A stretch of 64,000 bases of DNA from Armatimonadota bacterium (GCA_041690135.1 JAWLHY010000008.1:64001-128000); one strand, 5' to 3'. Shown: positions 18,475-28,115, counted from the stretch's first letter. Numbers and translations: made by a program. Notes: generated from the sequence alone by a model not told the origin.

Positions 18475-18867
18475 TTACCCTCCCACCAGGGGCACCAGGC
18501 GCACGAAGCTGACGGTCGTGTCGAGACGGATCTCGATCTCTTCGTCCAGGCTCTCCACCTGACGGTCGTCCACCAGGATGAAGAAACCGTTGCGCTCGAA
18601 GGCCTCGATAGCGCGGGTGTACTGTTGCTCCCAGTCGATCTTCCGCCGCTGGCGCAGCTTGTAACCGTTCAGCACCCGTTCCGCGTCGGTGGGCTGAACG
18701 AGGCCGCGGAAGTGCTCCGGCTCCTTGAGGTTAAATTCCTGGACTTCCTCGTACACCCGCTTGCGAATCAGCTCCCGGGTGGTGATCCGCTGGGTCAGGA
18801 AAACGAGCGTGAGGCGGCCCGTGCGCTCCCCGGCCGCGGTTTCGTCGAAGATCGTCAGTACCGGCAT
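18475..18867 (-). CDS. Small hypothetical protein with a ubiquitin/ThiS-like C-terminal VGG, co-transcribed with the DUF4132 gene
   Basis: RBS AAGGGAG; ends FILVDDRQVESLDEEIEIRLDTTVSFVRLVPLVGG*; 8-bp gap to the DUF4132 gene. Confidence 0.8.
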   Translation of the reverse strand: MPVLTIFDETAAGERTGRLTLVFLTQRITTRELIRKRVYEEVQEFNLKEPEHFRGLVQPTDAERVLNGYKLRQRRKIDWEQQYTRAIEAFERNGFFILVDDRQVESLDEEIEIRLDTTVSFVRLVPLVGG

Positions 18868-19217
18868 GGTTTGCTCCCTTTATGTTCCGTGGGAGTTCTC
18901 GAGAACTCTTTGTATCGAACATCGGGCTCGTCGTGCCGGCTTCCAGCCGGCGAGGGGCTGACCTGGACCGTCGATCACATTTTACGGCGATGTTCGTGTC
19001 CCCGTCGAAGGTCACGTCCTCCAGCAAGGTGTCGTCCTCCACGAGGAGGTCGGCCAGGAAGTAGCACCGTCCATTGCGGAAATTCTACCGGCGGAATACC
19101 GCCTCCGCCTCCATCCGATCAGCGGGCAAGCGAGGGTCTTGAGAGCGTTCGATGGGCCGCAGTCGGCGGCGAACTTGGGCGAACCACTTGCTGAGTGTCA
19201 TAACGACTCGACAGAAC

Positions 19218-20513
19218 TCAACGCGGCAATTCCAGATGGAATTCGGCGCCATGGGGATGGTGGGGTGTGAAGGAGACTCTGCCACCGTGGATTTGTTCCA
19301 CCACTCTGCGCACCAGCAGTAGGCCCAGGCCGCTTCCCGTCTCCTTGGTCGTAAAGGGTTCCTGGAAGAGCAGGCGGCACTTCTCGGCGGGAATGCCCGG
19401 GCCCTCGTCCCATACCGTGATCTTCACGGCACCGTCTTGAACGTGGACGCGGACCCCCATCTTTCCCCGTTCTTCCACGGCATCGAGGCTGTTTCGTAGC
19501 AGGTTCAACAGCGCCTGTCGTAGTAGCCGCGGATGCCCTTGCAAGGGAGGGAGCTGTTCCCAGTCCCCATCCAGTTCGACGATGCAGGGATGGGAAACGC
19601 CCAGGGAAATCACCAGGTTCCGCAGCAGGACCGGGAGCTTGATCTCCTCCGGCTGCCGGTTATCGGCCCCACCCAGGATTCGCAGGTCCTCAATGAGCCG
19701 GAGCATCTGCTCTACCTGGCGCTGACAACGCTCCACCACGCGCGTGGGGGTTTCCTCCTGCACCATTTTCCGCAGCAGGTCGAGGGAGGTGGTGAGGGTC
19801 CAGAGGGGCGTGACCAGTTCGTGTGCCGTGAACGAAGACAACCGCGCCAAGGTGGTTAACGCCGCCGAAACCTCGGTTCGCTGCCGGGTGGCGAATTCCT
19901 GGGAAATCACCTCCGCAAGGTGTGGGGAGAGGAGCAGCCGGTCCGGGGCGCCGTCCTGGAGACTGGTGCTGATGTCGACCGCCCCCACGATGTTCCCCAC
20001 GCTGTTCCGGATGGGTGACCCGAAGCAGGCGAAGTCATGAAAGGGGGCGAGGTAATGCTCGGAGCCTATTACGGCCACCGGCCGCCCGGCCGCCAATGCC
20101 GTGCCGGCTCCGTTCGTCCCCATAACAGGTTCGGACCAATCGTAGCCGGGGATGAGCCCAAACACCTGCATGGCGGCCGTGTCCGAGCCGGTAGAGGAGA
20201 GGATAATTCCCTCGCAATCGGTGATGTAGACGACGTGAGGAATCTGGGAGAGGATCAGGGAAGCCCATGCCAGGTGCGGTGTAGCGATCTCCAGCAGGTT
20301 GCGGTTGTCCGCGATCCGGCGCTCCAACTCCCCATCATCGATTCGCTTCAACTCAACCTTGGCAGCTTGGGGATCCAGACCCGCGTCTCGACTCCGCTCC
20401 CAGGAATGCAGGATCACGTCCTTGAGGGGCGCCTGATGATTCGAAGTTGCCAGGAACTCCTCCCACTGGCGGTATGTTGAGTTCACCGGGCGTATCCTTC
20501 CGTCGCCGGGCAA
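19218..20513 (-). CDS. Cytoplasmic GAF-domain sensor histidine kinase
   Basis: AcoR-type GAF (ILHSWERS, WSEPVMGTNGAGTAL, GSEHY), H-box AHELVTPL, and HATPase (NLLRNS, DEGPGI, TTKETGSGLGL). Start uncertain. Confidence 0.85.
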   Translation of the reverse strand: MPGDGRIRPVNSTYRQWEEFLATSNHQAPLKDVILHSWERSRDAGLDPQAAKVELKRIDDGELERRIADNRNLLEIATPHLAWASLILSQIPHVVYITDCEGIILSSTGSDTAAMQVFGLIPGYDWSEPVMGTNGAGTALAAGRPVAVIGSEHYLAPFHDFACFGSPIRNSVGNIVGAVDISTSLQDGAPDRLLLSPHLAEVISQEFATRQRTEVSAALTTLARLSSFTAHELVTPLWTLTTSLDLLRKMVQEETPTRVVERCQRQVEQMLRLIEDLRILGGADNRQPEEIKLPVLLRNLVISLGVSHPCIVELDGDWEQLPPLQGHPRLLRQALLNLLRNSLDAVEERGKMGVRVHVQDGAVKITVWDEGPGIPAEKCRLLFQEPFTTKETGSGLGLLLVRRVVEQIHGGRVSFTPHHPHGAEFHLELPR

Positions 20514-20635
20514 GTCCGGGTAGGGCTATGCAGTTGCTAGTGTGGCGGTCATTTCATCCGGAGCCCGCCAATGACCTTCCCTGAATGTGTGGGTTCTTGT
20601 GGGCATTCCGCGATCAGGATCCTGCTCGGCGCGCT

Positions 20636-23600
20636 TTAATGGGATCGGTTGGGTAGCAAATGATCCACCTCCTGCCGGAGAAGATGGATTTCCAGGCGGG
20701 TGTCCCAATCGACGTTCACCGGCAGGGTCTGCTCCAAATCACGAACTACGCGTTGGGTCAGGCGCCTGGCCTCATCCACGGCGCCAGTGCGGATCAGGGC
20801 CAGGGCATGAAGAAGGCGGTCCGACAGAGCGTTGGGATCGCTCTGGATCGCGGCGGCCTGCTGCATGGTCCTGACCGCCTCCGTGGGCCGACCTGCCCGC
20901 AGGTACAGGGCTCCCAGGGTATTGAGCCAGTGGTGGTTTCGCGGTTCCTCCTGCAGTAGCTTCTGGAGCATCGCAATCCCACGAGTTAGGACCTCGGGGT
21001 CCGGGGTTCCCAGGGCCAGCGTCCACGCGGTCAGATCCTGCTCGCGGTCGGTTCCGTGGGTTTCGAAGCGCGCCAGCATTGCGCGGCAGGTAGAGCGGTA
21101 ACCGTAAGAATTTCCGGCGCCGAGTTGGGTGAGGGCCAGCCGGTAGTAAGTGAGGTAGGAGTCCCGGTCACCTTGCAGGGTGGCCGCAAAGTCCCGACTC
21201 GCTTCGGCCCAGCGTCCGCACTCTGCCAGGGCAGTCGCGCGGCGGGAGTAGAGGTTCCAATCCTGGGGTTGCGCCCGGATCAACGGTGACAATTGGCGCG
21301 CCGCCTCACGCCAGAGGCCGGCCCGCTCCGCGGCATTCGCCTGTTCCAGGTGCCACGCCAGGTCCGGCCCGGGCGCGCTTCCCGCGGTGGGAGTCCGGGA
21401 TGCCGCGAACTCTCGCCAGTACGCTGCAATGGTGCCGGCCGGAGCCGGCTCAAGCCGGCTGTCCGCTCCGGGGCGCAGTCCGGACAGGAGCACGGCCAGG
21501 CGGGAAAGCTCGGCCGTGCTGCGTCGGTCGGGCCGCAGGGCCAGCACCTGTACCTTGCCGTTGCGGAGAGTAGCCACCACACGGTGCCCGTCCGGAGTAA
21601 ACCGGAGTTCCCCCTCACCTTCCAACGGGGTCGGGAGTGTGACCGGTTCACCGAGATGGGTGTCCCACACCTGCAGCCGGTCGCCGGAGAGCGAAGCCAA
21701 CCAGCGGGAGTCCCGGCTGAATTCCACTCGGGTCACGGCTTCGGCGTGGTGGAGTGGAGAACAGAGCGGGCGACGCGAGCCGATGTCCCAGACCCGCGCC
21801 GTTCCCCCGGCGCCGGCAGTTGCCAGCCGACGTCCGGTCGGGTCCAGCGCCACATGGATCCATGCTTCGCCATCCCACTGGGCGACGGTTTCTTCCTGTC
21901 CGCTCCGCAGATCCAGTCTTTGCGCGTAGCCGTAGAGGTTGCCGACCAGAAAGTGTCCGTTCCCACGGCCGGGAGTGAAACGCGCGATGCCGGACATCGA
22001 GTAGGTGCGAAACCGGGGGTGATCCCAGGCGCCGTTCCATACCAACAGGCGGTCCGCGTCCGCAGCGAAAGCGAGCCGGCCGTTAGGAAGCGAGACCGGG
22101 TGTCCGCGGCTCGGTGACCAGGGCACGCCTAGCGTCAGGAAACGCGCGGTCTCCACGTCGATCACTGCGATGCTGTTTTCGGCGAGGCTAGCGAGCAGAC
22201 GCCTGCCATCCGTCGCAAACTCCAGATGGCTCACCCGTTTGGGGAGCCGGAGTATCTTCCGGGCCACTCCGCGCTGCGCCTCCCAAATCCATACCCGGTT
22301 ATCCATGGTGGCGGTTGCGGCCAGGCGGCCATCCGCATTCAGGGTCGCCGCCAGGAGAGGCGACGGGTGGTCTATGGCTGGGCCCGCTGTCCTCTCACGC
22401 GCAATGTCCCACAAGCGCGCCGCTCCCTGGGTCAGAGCGATGAATGCGTGATGCGCATCCCGCGTGGCTACGGCGGGAAGGGCCGCCGCGACCGGGCGCA
22501 GCGTGCGGACCGGTGGGGCGGACGCAGTGCAGTCCCAAAGGCGTACCAGCCCACCCAATCCGAAGGTGACGATTCGCCGGCGCGACGGCAAGAGCGCCCC
22601 GTATCTGACCGTGCTATCGAGGAAGTGGGGTTGTCGGATCAGATCTCCCGTGTCCGTATTCCACTGGGCCAGGCGTCCATTTCCTTCCAGCGTCCAGACC
22701 ACGCTTCCGCCGGCGTCCCACTCCACACGGAGTGGCTGTTGTTCCAGGCGAGGGGAGGACGCGATCAGGGCTCCCGTGTCCGCGCGCCGGAAGTGCACCC
22801 GATTTCCGTGGAGCACCGCTATTCGCCGTCCGTCCGGGCTGATGCGGATCGTTGCCAGTGCTTCCGCGCCCCCGAGGTCCGCGAGCAGCCGGCCTTCCGC
22901 GATAGACCAGATCCGAAAGCGATCGCTCGCGGCGCTTACGTGTCGCCCATCCGGGGTGAAAGCGGTGGAGGCGACCCGCGGATAGGGGACCTCCGGGCCT
23001 ACCTGCCGCCCGGTGGAGGCATTCCAAATCCGGTAACGGCTTTGCTCGCCGTCATGGGCCGAGGTAACGATTTGCCGTCCATCCGGGCTGAAACGGGCGT
23101 CATAAACTGGAGCGTTGTGAGGGAAGGCGGGGCCTACCGGGGCGGCGGTATGAAGGTCCCAGAGCTGCGCCTTTTGCTGGATCACCAGGAGGACACGGGT
23201 GCCGTCCGGGCTCACGTCCGTCGCGGCAATTTCCTCACGCCGGCTGATCGGCAGGCCTTGCGCCCGACCGTTGGATAGGTCCCAGCAGCGCACCTCGCGA
23301 TTGGAAGGTTGGGACAGCAGCCATCGACCATTTGGGTTCAACACCATTCGCCTACCGGCGGAGTGCGGGAGCGGTGGCAGTACGTCCCGACCGGTGACCG
23401 CATCAGTGACCCGGATGCGATGGTCGGAGCACTGGGCAATCACACGCTTTCCGTTCGGAGTGATTTCCACGCCCACCACTGTGGAAGGGTGCCGCCATAC
23501 TTGCAGAAGACGCGGAGCCGCGGCCAGCGTGGAAGCGATCCGGAGGCGGTGGCCCAATTCCCGCTCTGGTGCACCCTGATCTTGTCGCAGGGCTTCGACG

Positions 23601-25156
23601 TACCACACCAGCGCTCCGGGTGTGTCGCCGGCACGGGCGCGAGCGGTGCCCCTGTCCACCAGGAGCCGTACGAGGCGATGCCGGGCGGTTTCGCGACCTT
23701 GCGCCGCAGCGCGGCCCAGAGTTCTGGCCTTCTGTTCGCGATCTGCGGCGAGCGCTCGCGCCGCTTCGGCCTGCTCGCGAGCGTGCTCGGCACCGTCGTG
23801 CGCGGCTGTCAAGTCTTCCAACGTCGTGCGAAGCTGACTGAGTGCCCCTTCCTTCTCGGAGAGCGCCATCCGTAGGAGGCCGGCCGTATGGCGAGCCTCA
23901 CGCTCCCCGCGCACCGCGGCGACAGCGAGGACGGCGATCGTTGTGGTCACGATACCCGATAACGTCGCGGCACGGAACAGGCCCCGCCGGAAAGCCGCCT
24001 GTTGCCGGAGCAGCTCGCCGTGCGGCAGGTGGGCCTCGATCCAGCGACGATCGAAGGCGCGCAGATAGATCCGGTTGCGAACCCGGAGGTACCCTCGCTC
24101 GCTGCGCACAATCCCCGCGAGCCGCAGGGTCGACACGAGGGAGCTCACCGTCTCATCCGCAACCCGCTTGCCGCCGAGAATGCGCTGATACAGTTGGAGG
24201 AGGGCCGCGGTGTCCGCATCCCGCCGGAGCAGGCAATTCTGGACAAATGCCAGGTTGTCGTTTCGCTGCTGAGAAAGGGGGGTGAAGAAAATCTCTTGGC
24301 AGGCGCCGTCCACCACTACCCGTAGGCCCCGGTCGAAATGAGTGTTCTTGCCGGCGGAACGGGCAACCGCGGCGCAGAGTAATTGGGTGAGGTAGGGGTG
24401 TCCTCCGGTCCAGTACAAAATGCGTTCCAGCAGGCGCTGGGCCGCTTGAGGAGATTTCCCGGTACGCTGCAGAAGGCCACTGGCCAGGGGGGCCGCTTGT
24501 GCGGCGGTGAAATCGGTGAGCTCAATGCGAGTGCCGATGTTGAACGGGGTATTTCGAGGGTCTCGGATCAGGTCGGAAGGAGCCACCACTCCCAGGAGAC
24601 AGAAGGTTATTTGTGCCACGGACCGGTCGCGGGCCCGACGCGTGTGGAGCTCGCGGATCGCGGCGAACAGCTCATCCGTGGCGAAGGGAAGGGACCGCAC
24701 GGTGTCGATCTCGTCGACGAAGACGACCAGGGTGGGGAAGTCCGGTTCTTGCGAACCGCTCTCTTGCTCCTTACACTTGGCCGCCTGTCGCAGCGCCGCC
24801 AGGAACCGGATCATGGGTCCGAGGGCCTGGTTTTCCCGCCAGAACGCGTCCAGGACCTCGTCGAGGTCCAACTGCTCACCCACCAGGCAGAGCATACTTC
24901 GGTACCATTGTTCCGGAGTGACGCTCTGGCCCAGCGCGGACAGGTCGAGCACGACGATGGCGGCCCCCTCTTGCCGCAGGCGGACCGCCGTGCGCGTCAT
25001 GAGGGAGGACTTGCCCATCTGCCGGGAGGTGAGAACGTAGGAAAACTCTCCCCGGCGGAGCGCCTGGTAGAGTTGACCGTCGGCCTCCCGCTCTACGTAG
25101 CAGGTGGCGTCCGGTGGCAGCGTGCCTCCGACGATGTAGAAATCACCCTTCGGCAT
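20636..25156 (-). CDS. AAA_35 (STAND-like NTPase) - TM - coiled coil - WD40 propellers - TPR protein
   Basis: GGTLPPDATCYVEREAD, Walker A TSRQMGKS, Walker B VFVDEID, TPFNIG, WTGGHPYLTQ, a hydrophobic segment, many SPDG/VWD repeats and C-terminal TPRs. Confidence 0.88.
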   Translation of the reverse strand: MPKGDFYIVGGTLPPDATCYVEREADGQLYQALRRGEFSYVLTSRQMGKSSLMTRTAVRLRQEGAAIVVLDLSALGQSVTPEQWYRSMLCLVGEQLDLDEVLDAFWRENQALGPMIRFLAALRQAAKCKEQESGSQEPDFPTLVVFVDEIDTVRSLPFATDELFAAIRELHTRRARDRSVAQITFCLLGVVAPSDLIRDPRNTPFNIGTRIELTDFTAAQAAPLASGLLQRTGKSPQAAQRLLERILYWTGGHPYLTQLLCAAVARSAGKNTHFDRGLRVVVDGACQEIFFTPLSQQRNDNLAFVQNCLLRRDADTAALLQLYQRILGGKRVADETVSSLVSTLRLAGIVRSERGYLRVRNRIYLRAFDRRWIEAHLPHGELLRQQAAFRRGLFRAATLSGIVTTTIAVLAVAAVRGEREARHTAGLLRMALSEKEGALSQLRTTLEDLTAAHDGAEHAREQAEAARALAADREQKARTLGRAAAQGRETARHRLVRLLVDRGTARARAGDTPGALVWYVEALRQDQGAPERELGHRLRIASTLAAAPRLLQVWRHPSTVVGVEITPNGKRVIAQCSDHRIRVTDAVTGRDVLPPLPHSAGRRMVLNPNGRWLLSQPSNREVRCWDLSNGRAQGLPISRREEIAATDVSPDGTRVLLVIQQKAQLWDLHTAAPVGPAFPHNAPVYDARFSPDGRQIVTSAHDGEQSRYRIWNASTGRQVGPEVPYPRVASTAFTPDGRHVSAASDRFRIWSIAEGRLLADLGGAEALATIRISPDGRRIAVLHGNRVHFRRADTGALIASSPRLEQQPLRVEWDAGGSVVWTLEGNGRLAQWNTDTGDLIRQPHFLDSTVRYGALLPSRRRIVTFGLGGLVRLWDCTASAPPVRTLRPVAAALPAVATRDAHHAFIALTQGAARLWDIARERTAGPAIDHPSPLLAATLNADGRLAATATMDNRVWIWEAQRGVARKILRLPKRVSHLEFATDGRRLLASLAENSIAVIDVETARFLTLGVPWSPSRGHPVSLPNGRLAFAADADRLLVWNGAWDHPRFRTYSMSGIARFTPGRGNGHFLVGNLYGYAQRLDLRSGQEETVAQWDGEAWIHVALDPTGRRLATAGAGGTARVWDIGSRRPLCSPLHHAEAVTRVEFSRDSRWLASLSGDRLQVWDTHLGEPVTLPTPLEGEGELRFTPDGHRVVATLRNGKVQVLALRPDRRSTAELSRLAVLLSGLRPGADSRLEPAPAGTIAAYWREFAASRTPTAGSAPGPDLAWHLEQANAAERAGLWREAARQLSPLIRAQPQDWNLYSRRATALAECGRWAEASRDFAATLQGDRDSYLTYYRLALTQLGAGNSYGYRSTCRAMLARFETHGTDREQDLTAWTLALGTPDPEVLTRGIAMLQKLLQEEPRNHHWLNTLGALYLRAGRPTEAVRTMQQAAAIQSDPNALSDRLLHALALIRTGAVDEARRLTQRVVRDLEQTLPVNVDWDTRLEIHLLRQEVDHLLPNRSH

Positions 25157-25184
25157 AATGGGCGTTGGCGGACCTCGCCCGCCT

Positions 25185-27047
25185 TCAACTCCGGAACTGG
25201 CGCTCGAGATACTCTCGGTAGAGTTCGCAGCGGAACCGCGCGGTGGCGGCTGCCCCTCCCGTGAGTATTCCCGCGCTGCGCAGCCGGAAGAACTCCTCAT
25301 CAGAGGTACAGGCTCGGCCCGCCAACACTTCTTTGACCTGATCGCACAGGTCCGCATCCCGCAGCAACGCAAGAAGGAGGCGCCGCAGGTGATCCTTGTA
25401 GGGGCCGCCTCCTTGACGGACAGCCTCTCGGAAGCTCGCCAACGACTGATTGCCGCGGCTTAGTTCCCGCAGACCTCTCCGGACCAGGTAGGGGTGCCCT
25501 CCCGCCAGACGACGGAAGTCTTCCAACTCCTGCCCGGACAGCGGACTGCCGTGAAGTTGATTCAACCTTTCTACCTGGTCCGGAGTAAAGTCCTCCAACT
25601 CCAACCGGGTGCCCACGTTAAAAGGGGACTGGTTGAGGTCCGCCACGAAGAGATGGGCCTCCGTGGCATAGGCCATCACCAGAGAGAGCCGGTTCCAGGG
25701 GCTGGCGGGATCCAGCGCCCGTTCGTTGTGCCAAGAGCGGAACAGCGAGAAGACCTCCACGCCGAAAGGGCAGGGGAACAGGCGATCCACCTCGTCGAAA
25801 GCCCAGAGCAGGCGACCCTGTATCCGAGGAAACACCGTGGACCGCAGGTACCGACGGAGGTTGAGGCTGGGGCTGAGTTCTGGGAGCCACTGGGCACGAG
25901 GCAATTCGAGTAACTCCGCCAGACACTCCGCCAGCGCACGCAGGAGCGTCTCCGTGGATTCAAAGGCGGTGGCATCGAGCGACTGAAAGTCGGTGAGGGC
26001 CACCACGCTACCCTGACGCCGGGCGTGCTGCAGGCCACGCGCCAACAGCGATGACTTCCCGCACTGGCGGGGGCCGGTCAGCAGGACGATGCTTTCTCCG
26101 CTATCCAGGAGCGAGCAAAGCTCGCCATCGGCGGGGCGCTCCACGTAAAGCCGCGATTGCAGAGGTACGGCGCCCCCGACCGATTCCAGGCAGAGTTCCA
26201 CATGTGCGGGGTGCGCCCGCGGCGGCTCCGCAGCGGCCGCGGGCGGCGCACCGGGGGAAAGCCAGGTCGTCCCGGAGCGGGCTAGAGAGCGTGCAAACGC
26301 CTGGAGGTCGGGTCCCGGCTGCGTGTCCAACTCGCGCTTGAGCAGACGTTCCAACTCTCGGTACTGCTCCAGTGCGGCCGCGCTCTGACCCGTGGCGGCG
26401 TAAAGCCGCAACAGGCGCAGGCAGGTCTCCTCGCAAAGGGGATTGGAGCGGACACCCCGCGCCGCCAACTCGCGCGCCGCTGCCAGTTGGCCACGCTGTT
26501 CGTAGAGATCGATGAGAGCCCGGAGGCTGTCCTGATAGCGGACCTCCAGCCGGGTCTGCTCGTTGAAGATCCAATCTTCGGCGAGGCCGGCAAGTAGCTC
26601 GCCCCCGTAGAGTTCCACAGCACGAGCCAGGGCCGAGATCCGCTCCGACACCGCGCCCGCGGCCTCGGCGGTCCGGAGAAGCGCCTCGAACGACTCCAGG
26701 TCCGTGGTTACCTGCGCGGGGTCCACCATCACCGTCAGGCGATCGGCGCGAAACCAGGCATCCGGCGGCACCGGCAGAGAGGCCAGGTCCTGGCGCAGGG
26801 ACCAGAGTGCGGTACTCAGGCTGCTCCGCGCGGCCGAGAGACGGTCGTGGGGCCAGAGGAGCTCAATGAGGTGGTCGCGGCGCTGCGGATAGGGAAGGCG
26901 ATAGGCGAGATAGGCCAGGAGCGCGGTTGACTTCTGCGTGCGGAACCGGGAGACAACCTCTCCCCCCGCTTCCACGCGAAGCCCCCCGAACAGGCTGATC
27001 CGCACCGGAGTCCTGCTGCCTACACCGTCTTGTCCACTCACCGCCAA
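25185..27047 (-). CDS. SARP-type wHTH-BTAD transcriptional activator fused to an AAA_35 NTPase
   Basis: SLFGGLRV..LLAYLA..RDHLIELLWP, BTAD (LYGGELL, PLCEE, ELDTQPGP), GGAVP..YVERPAD, Walker A GPRQCGKS, FDEVD, SPFNVG. Start is TTG 27047 or GTG 27041. Confidence 0.9.
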   Translation of the reverse strand: MAVSGQDGVGSRTPVRISLFGGLRVEAGGEVVSRFRTQKSTALLAYLAYRLPYPQRRDHLIELLWPHDRLSAARSSLSTALWSLRQDLASLPVPPDAWFRADRLTVMVDPAQVTTDLESFEALLRTAEAAGAVSERISALARAVELYGGELLAGLAEDWIFNEQTRLEVRYQDSLRALIDLYEQRGQLAAARELAARGVRSNPLCEETCLRLLRLYAATGQSAAALEQYRELERLLKRELDTQPGPDLQAFARSLARSGTTWLSPGAPPAAAAEPPRAHPAHVELCLESVGGAVPLQSRLYVERPADGELCSLLDSGESIVLLTGPRQCGKSSLLARGLQHARRQGSVVALTDFQSLDATAFESTETLLRALAECLAELLELPRAQWLPELSPSLNLRRYLRSTVFPRIQGRLLWAFDEVDRLFPCPFGVEVFSLFRSWHNERALDPASPWNRLSLVMAYATEAHLFVADLNQSPFNVGTRLELEDFTPDQVERLNQLHGSPLSGQELEDFRRLAGGHPYLVRRGLRELSRGNQSLASFREAVRQGGGPYKDHLRRLLLALLRDADLCDQVKEVLAGRACTSDEEFFRLRSAGILTGGAAATARFRCELYREYLERQFRS

Positions 27048-27109
27048 TGCTCCCCTGGGTATCTCGTTATCCCCGCCGTGGCGGCTTCTCCTGCCGCCGG
27101 ACGTGCCCT

Positions 27110-27138
27110 TTGACGATCCGTTGACGCTGTGTTGACGG
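27110..27138 (+). promoter_or_regulatory. Three TTGACG direct repeats at 11-bp period; candidate SARP operator
   Basis: TTGACG at 27110, 27121 and 27132, about 65 bp upstream of the SARP gene. Confidence 0.6.
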
Positions 27139-27160
27139 AAGGGCGAACGGATAAGCCTAT

Positions 27161-27424
27161 ATGCCGCCCAGCGGCTATCAAAACGGCATCGTTTCGGGCA
27201 CCTATGTGGGATGGATTGACAATGGAGCCCGGATCACCCGTGACGGTGGTGGCACGTTCACCTTCAACTCGGTACACCTGACCGCCGCCTGGCGGGACGG
27301 GCTGCACGTCACGGTTCAGGGTTGGCTCGGCGGAAGCCTGGCGCAGTCTCGGAACCTGGTGCTGGACACTTCCGGCCCCAGCTTCCAGGTGTTCAATTGG
27401 CCCGGGCCCTGGTGGCCGGATTGA
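27161..27424 (+). pseudogene. Fragment of an exported beta-sandwich (PEP-CTERM-associated type) protein
   Basis: SGYQNGIVSG...TFTFNSVHLTAAWRDGLHVTVQG resembles such domains; no signal peptide or sorting tail. Confidence 0.45.
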
Positions 27425-27458
27425 AGCGGCGGAAGTGAGGACCTGAAGCAGACGAGGT

Positions 27459-28100
27459 TTACGGAAGCAGGTGGCCCTTGATGCTGCAGGTTGGGTTGTC
27501 ACCCACGGCCCGGAGCGTGTAGGTGCCGCCTTCCGGGCAGACGGGCATCCGCGTCAGGTACTTCTTATCTTTCAGGAGTTCCGAGGTGGGCACGGAGCCC
27601 ACGCTCTTGCCGCCATCCAGAGCCCACTGCTCCTTGGCGGCCTCCAGATGGCGCAGGTTTCCCCGGCAGGCATCGAGCCGCTGCCGGGCCAGAGTGGCCT
27701 GGTGGGCCTTCCATTGCACGGGGTTGAGATGCAAGGTCAGGTCGCGCACCGCCATGGCCTCGCTCATAAGCGTGCCGGTGACGGTTAGGATGACTTCATC
27801 GGACTTCGCTCCCTTGTATTTGATGCGAGCGGGGTCCAGCGCGATGACCCGATGAGTTACCTGGTACTTCGAGAAATCGAGCCGCACCTTACCTTCCGGG
27901 CGCGAAAGGACCCACGGGCTCGGGAGTTCTCGGACGCGAGGGTCCGGAATGGTGCCGATGATAGTCGTGGTTGGCAGACCGGCCTTCGGGTTCCCCCCGG
28001 CCGGCGCCTGATCCTTACCCACGTTCTGGGCATGCAGGGGAAGTGCCAGGATGGTGAGCACAGCCAGGGCCAGTAGTGTTACGACGCTTCTTGAAGGCAT
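27459..28100 (-). CDS. Exported hypothetical protein with a C-terminal pilin-like Cys module
   Basis: Sec signal (LALPLHA); tail CRGNLRHLEAAKEQWALD...PVCPEGGTYT....PTCSIKGH. Confidence 0.7.
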   Translation of the reverse strand: MPSRSVVTLLALAVLTILALPLHAQNVGKDQAPAGGNPKAGLPTTTIIGTIPDPRVRELPSPWVLSRPEGKVRLDFSKYQVTHRVIALDPARIKYKGAKSDEVILTVTGTLMSEAMAVRDLTLHLNPVQWKAHQATLARQRLDACRGNLRHLEAAKEQWALDGGKSVGSVPTSELLKDKKYLTRMPVCPEGGTYTLRAVGDNPTCSIKGHLLP

Positions 28101-28115
28101 AGCGACCTCTGTAAA

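Noticed and set aside
18880-19100. Protein-like minus-strand stretch (CYFLADLLVEDDTLLEDVTFDGD)
   Set aside because: Short, preceded by a stop and no family recognised; at most a gene relic.
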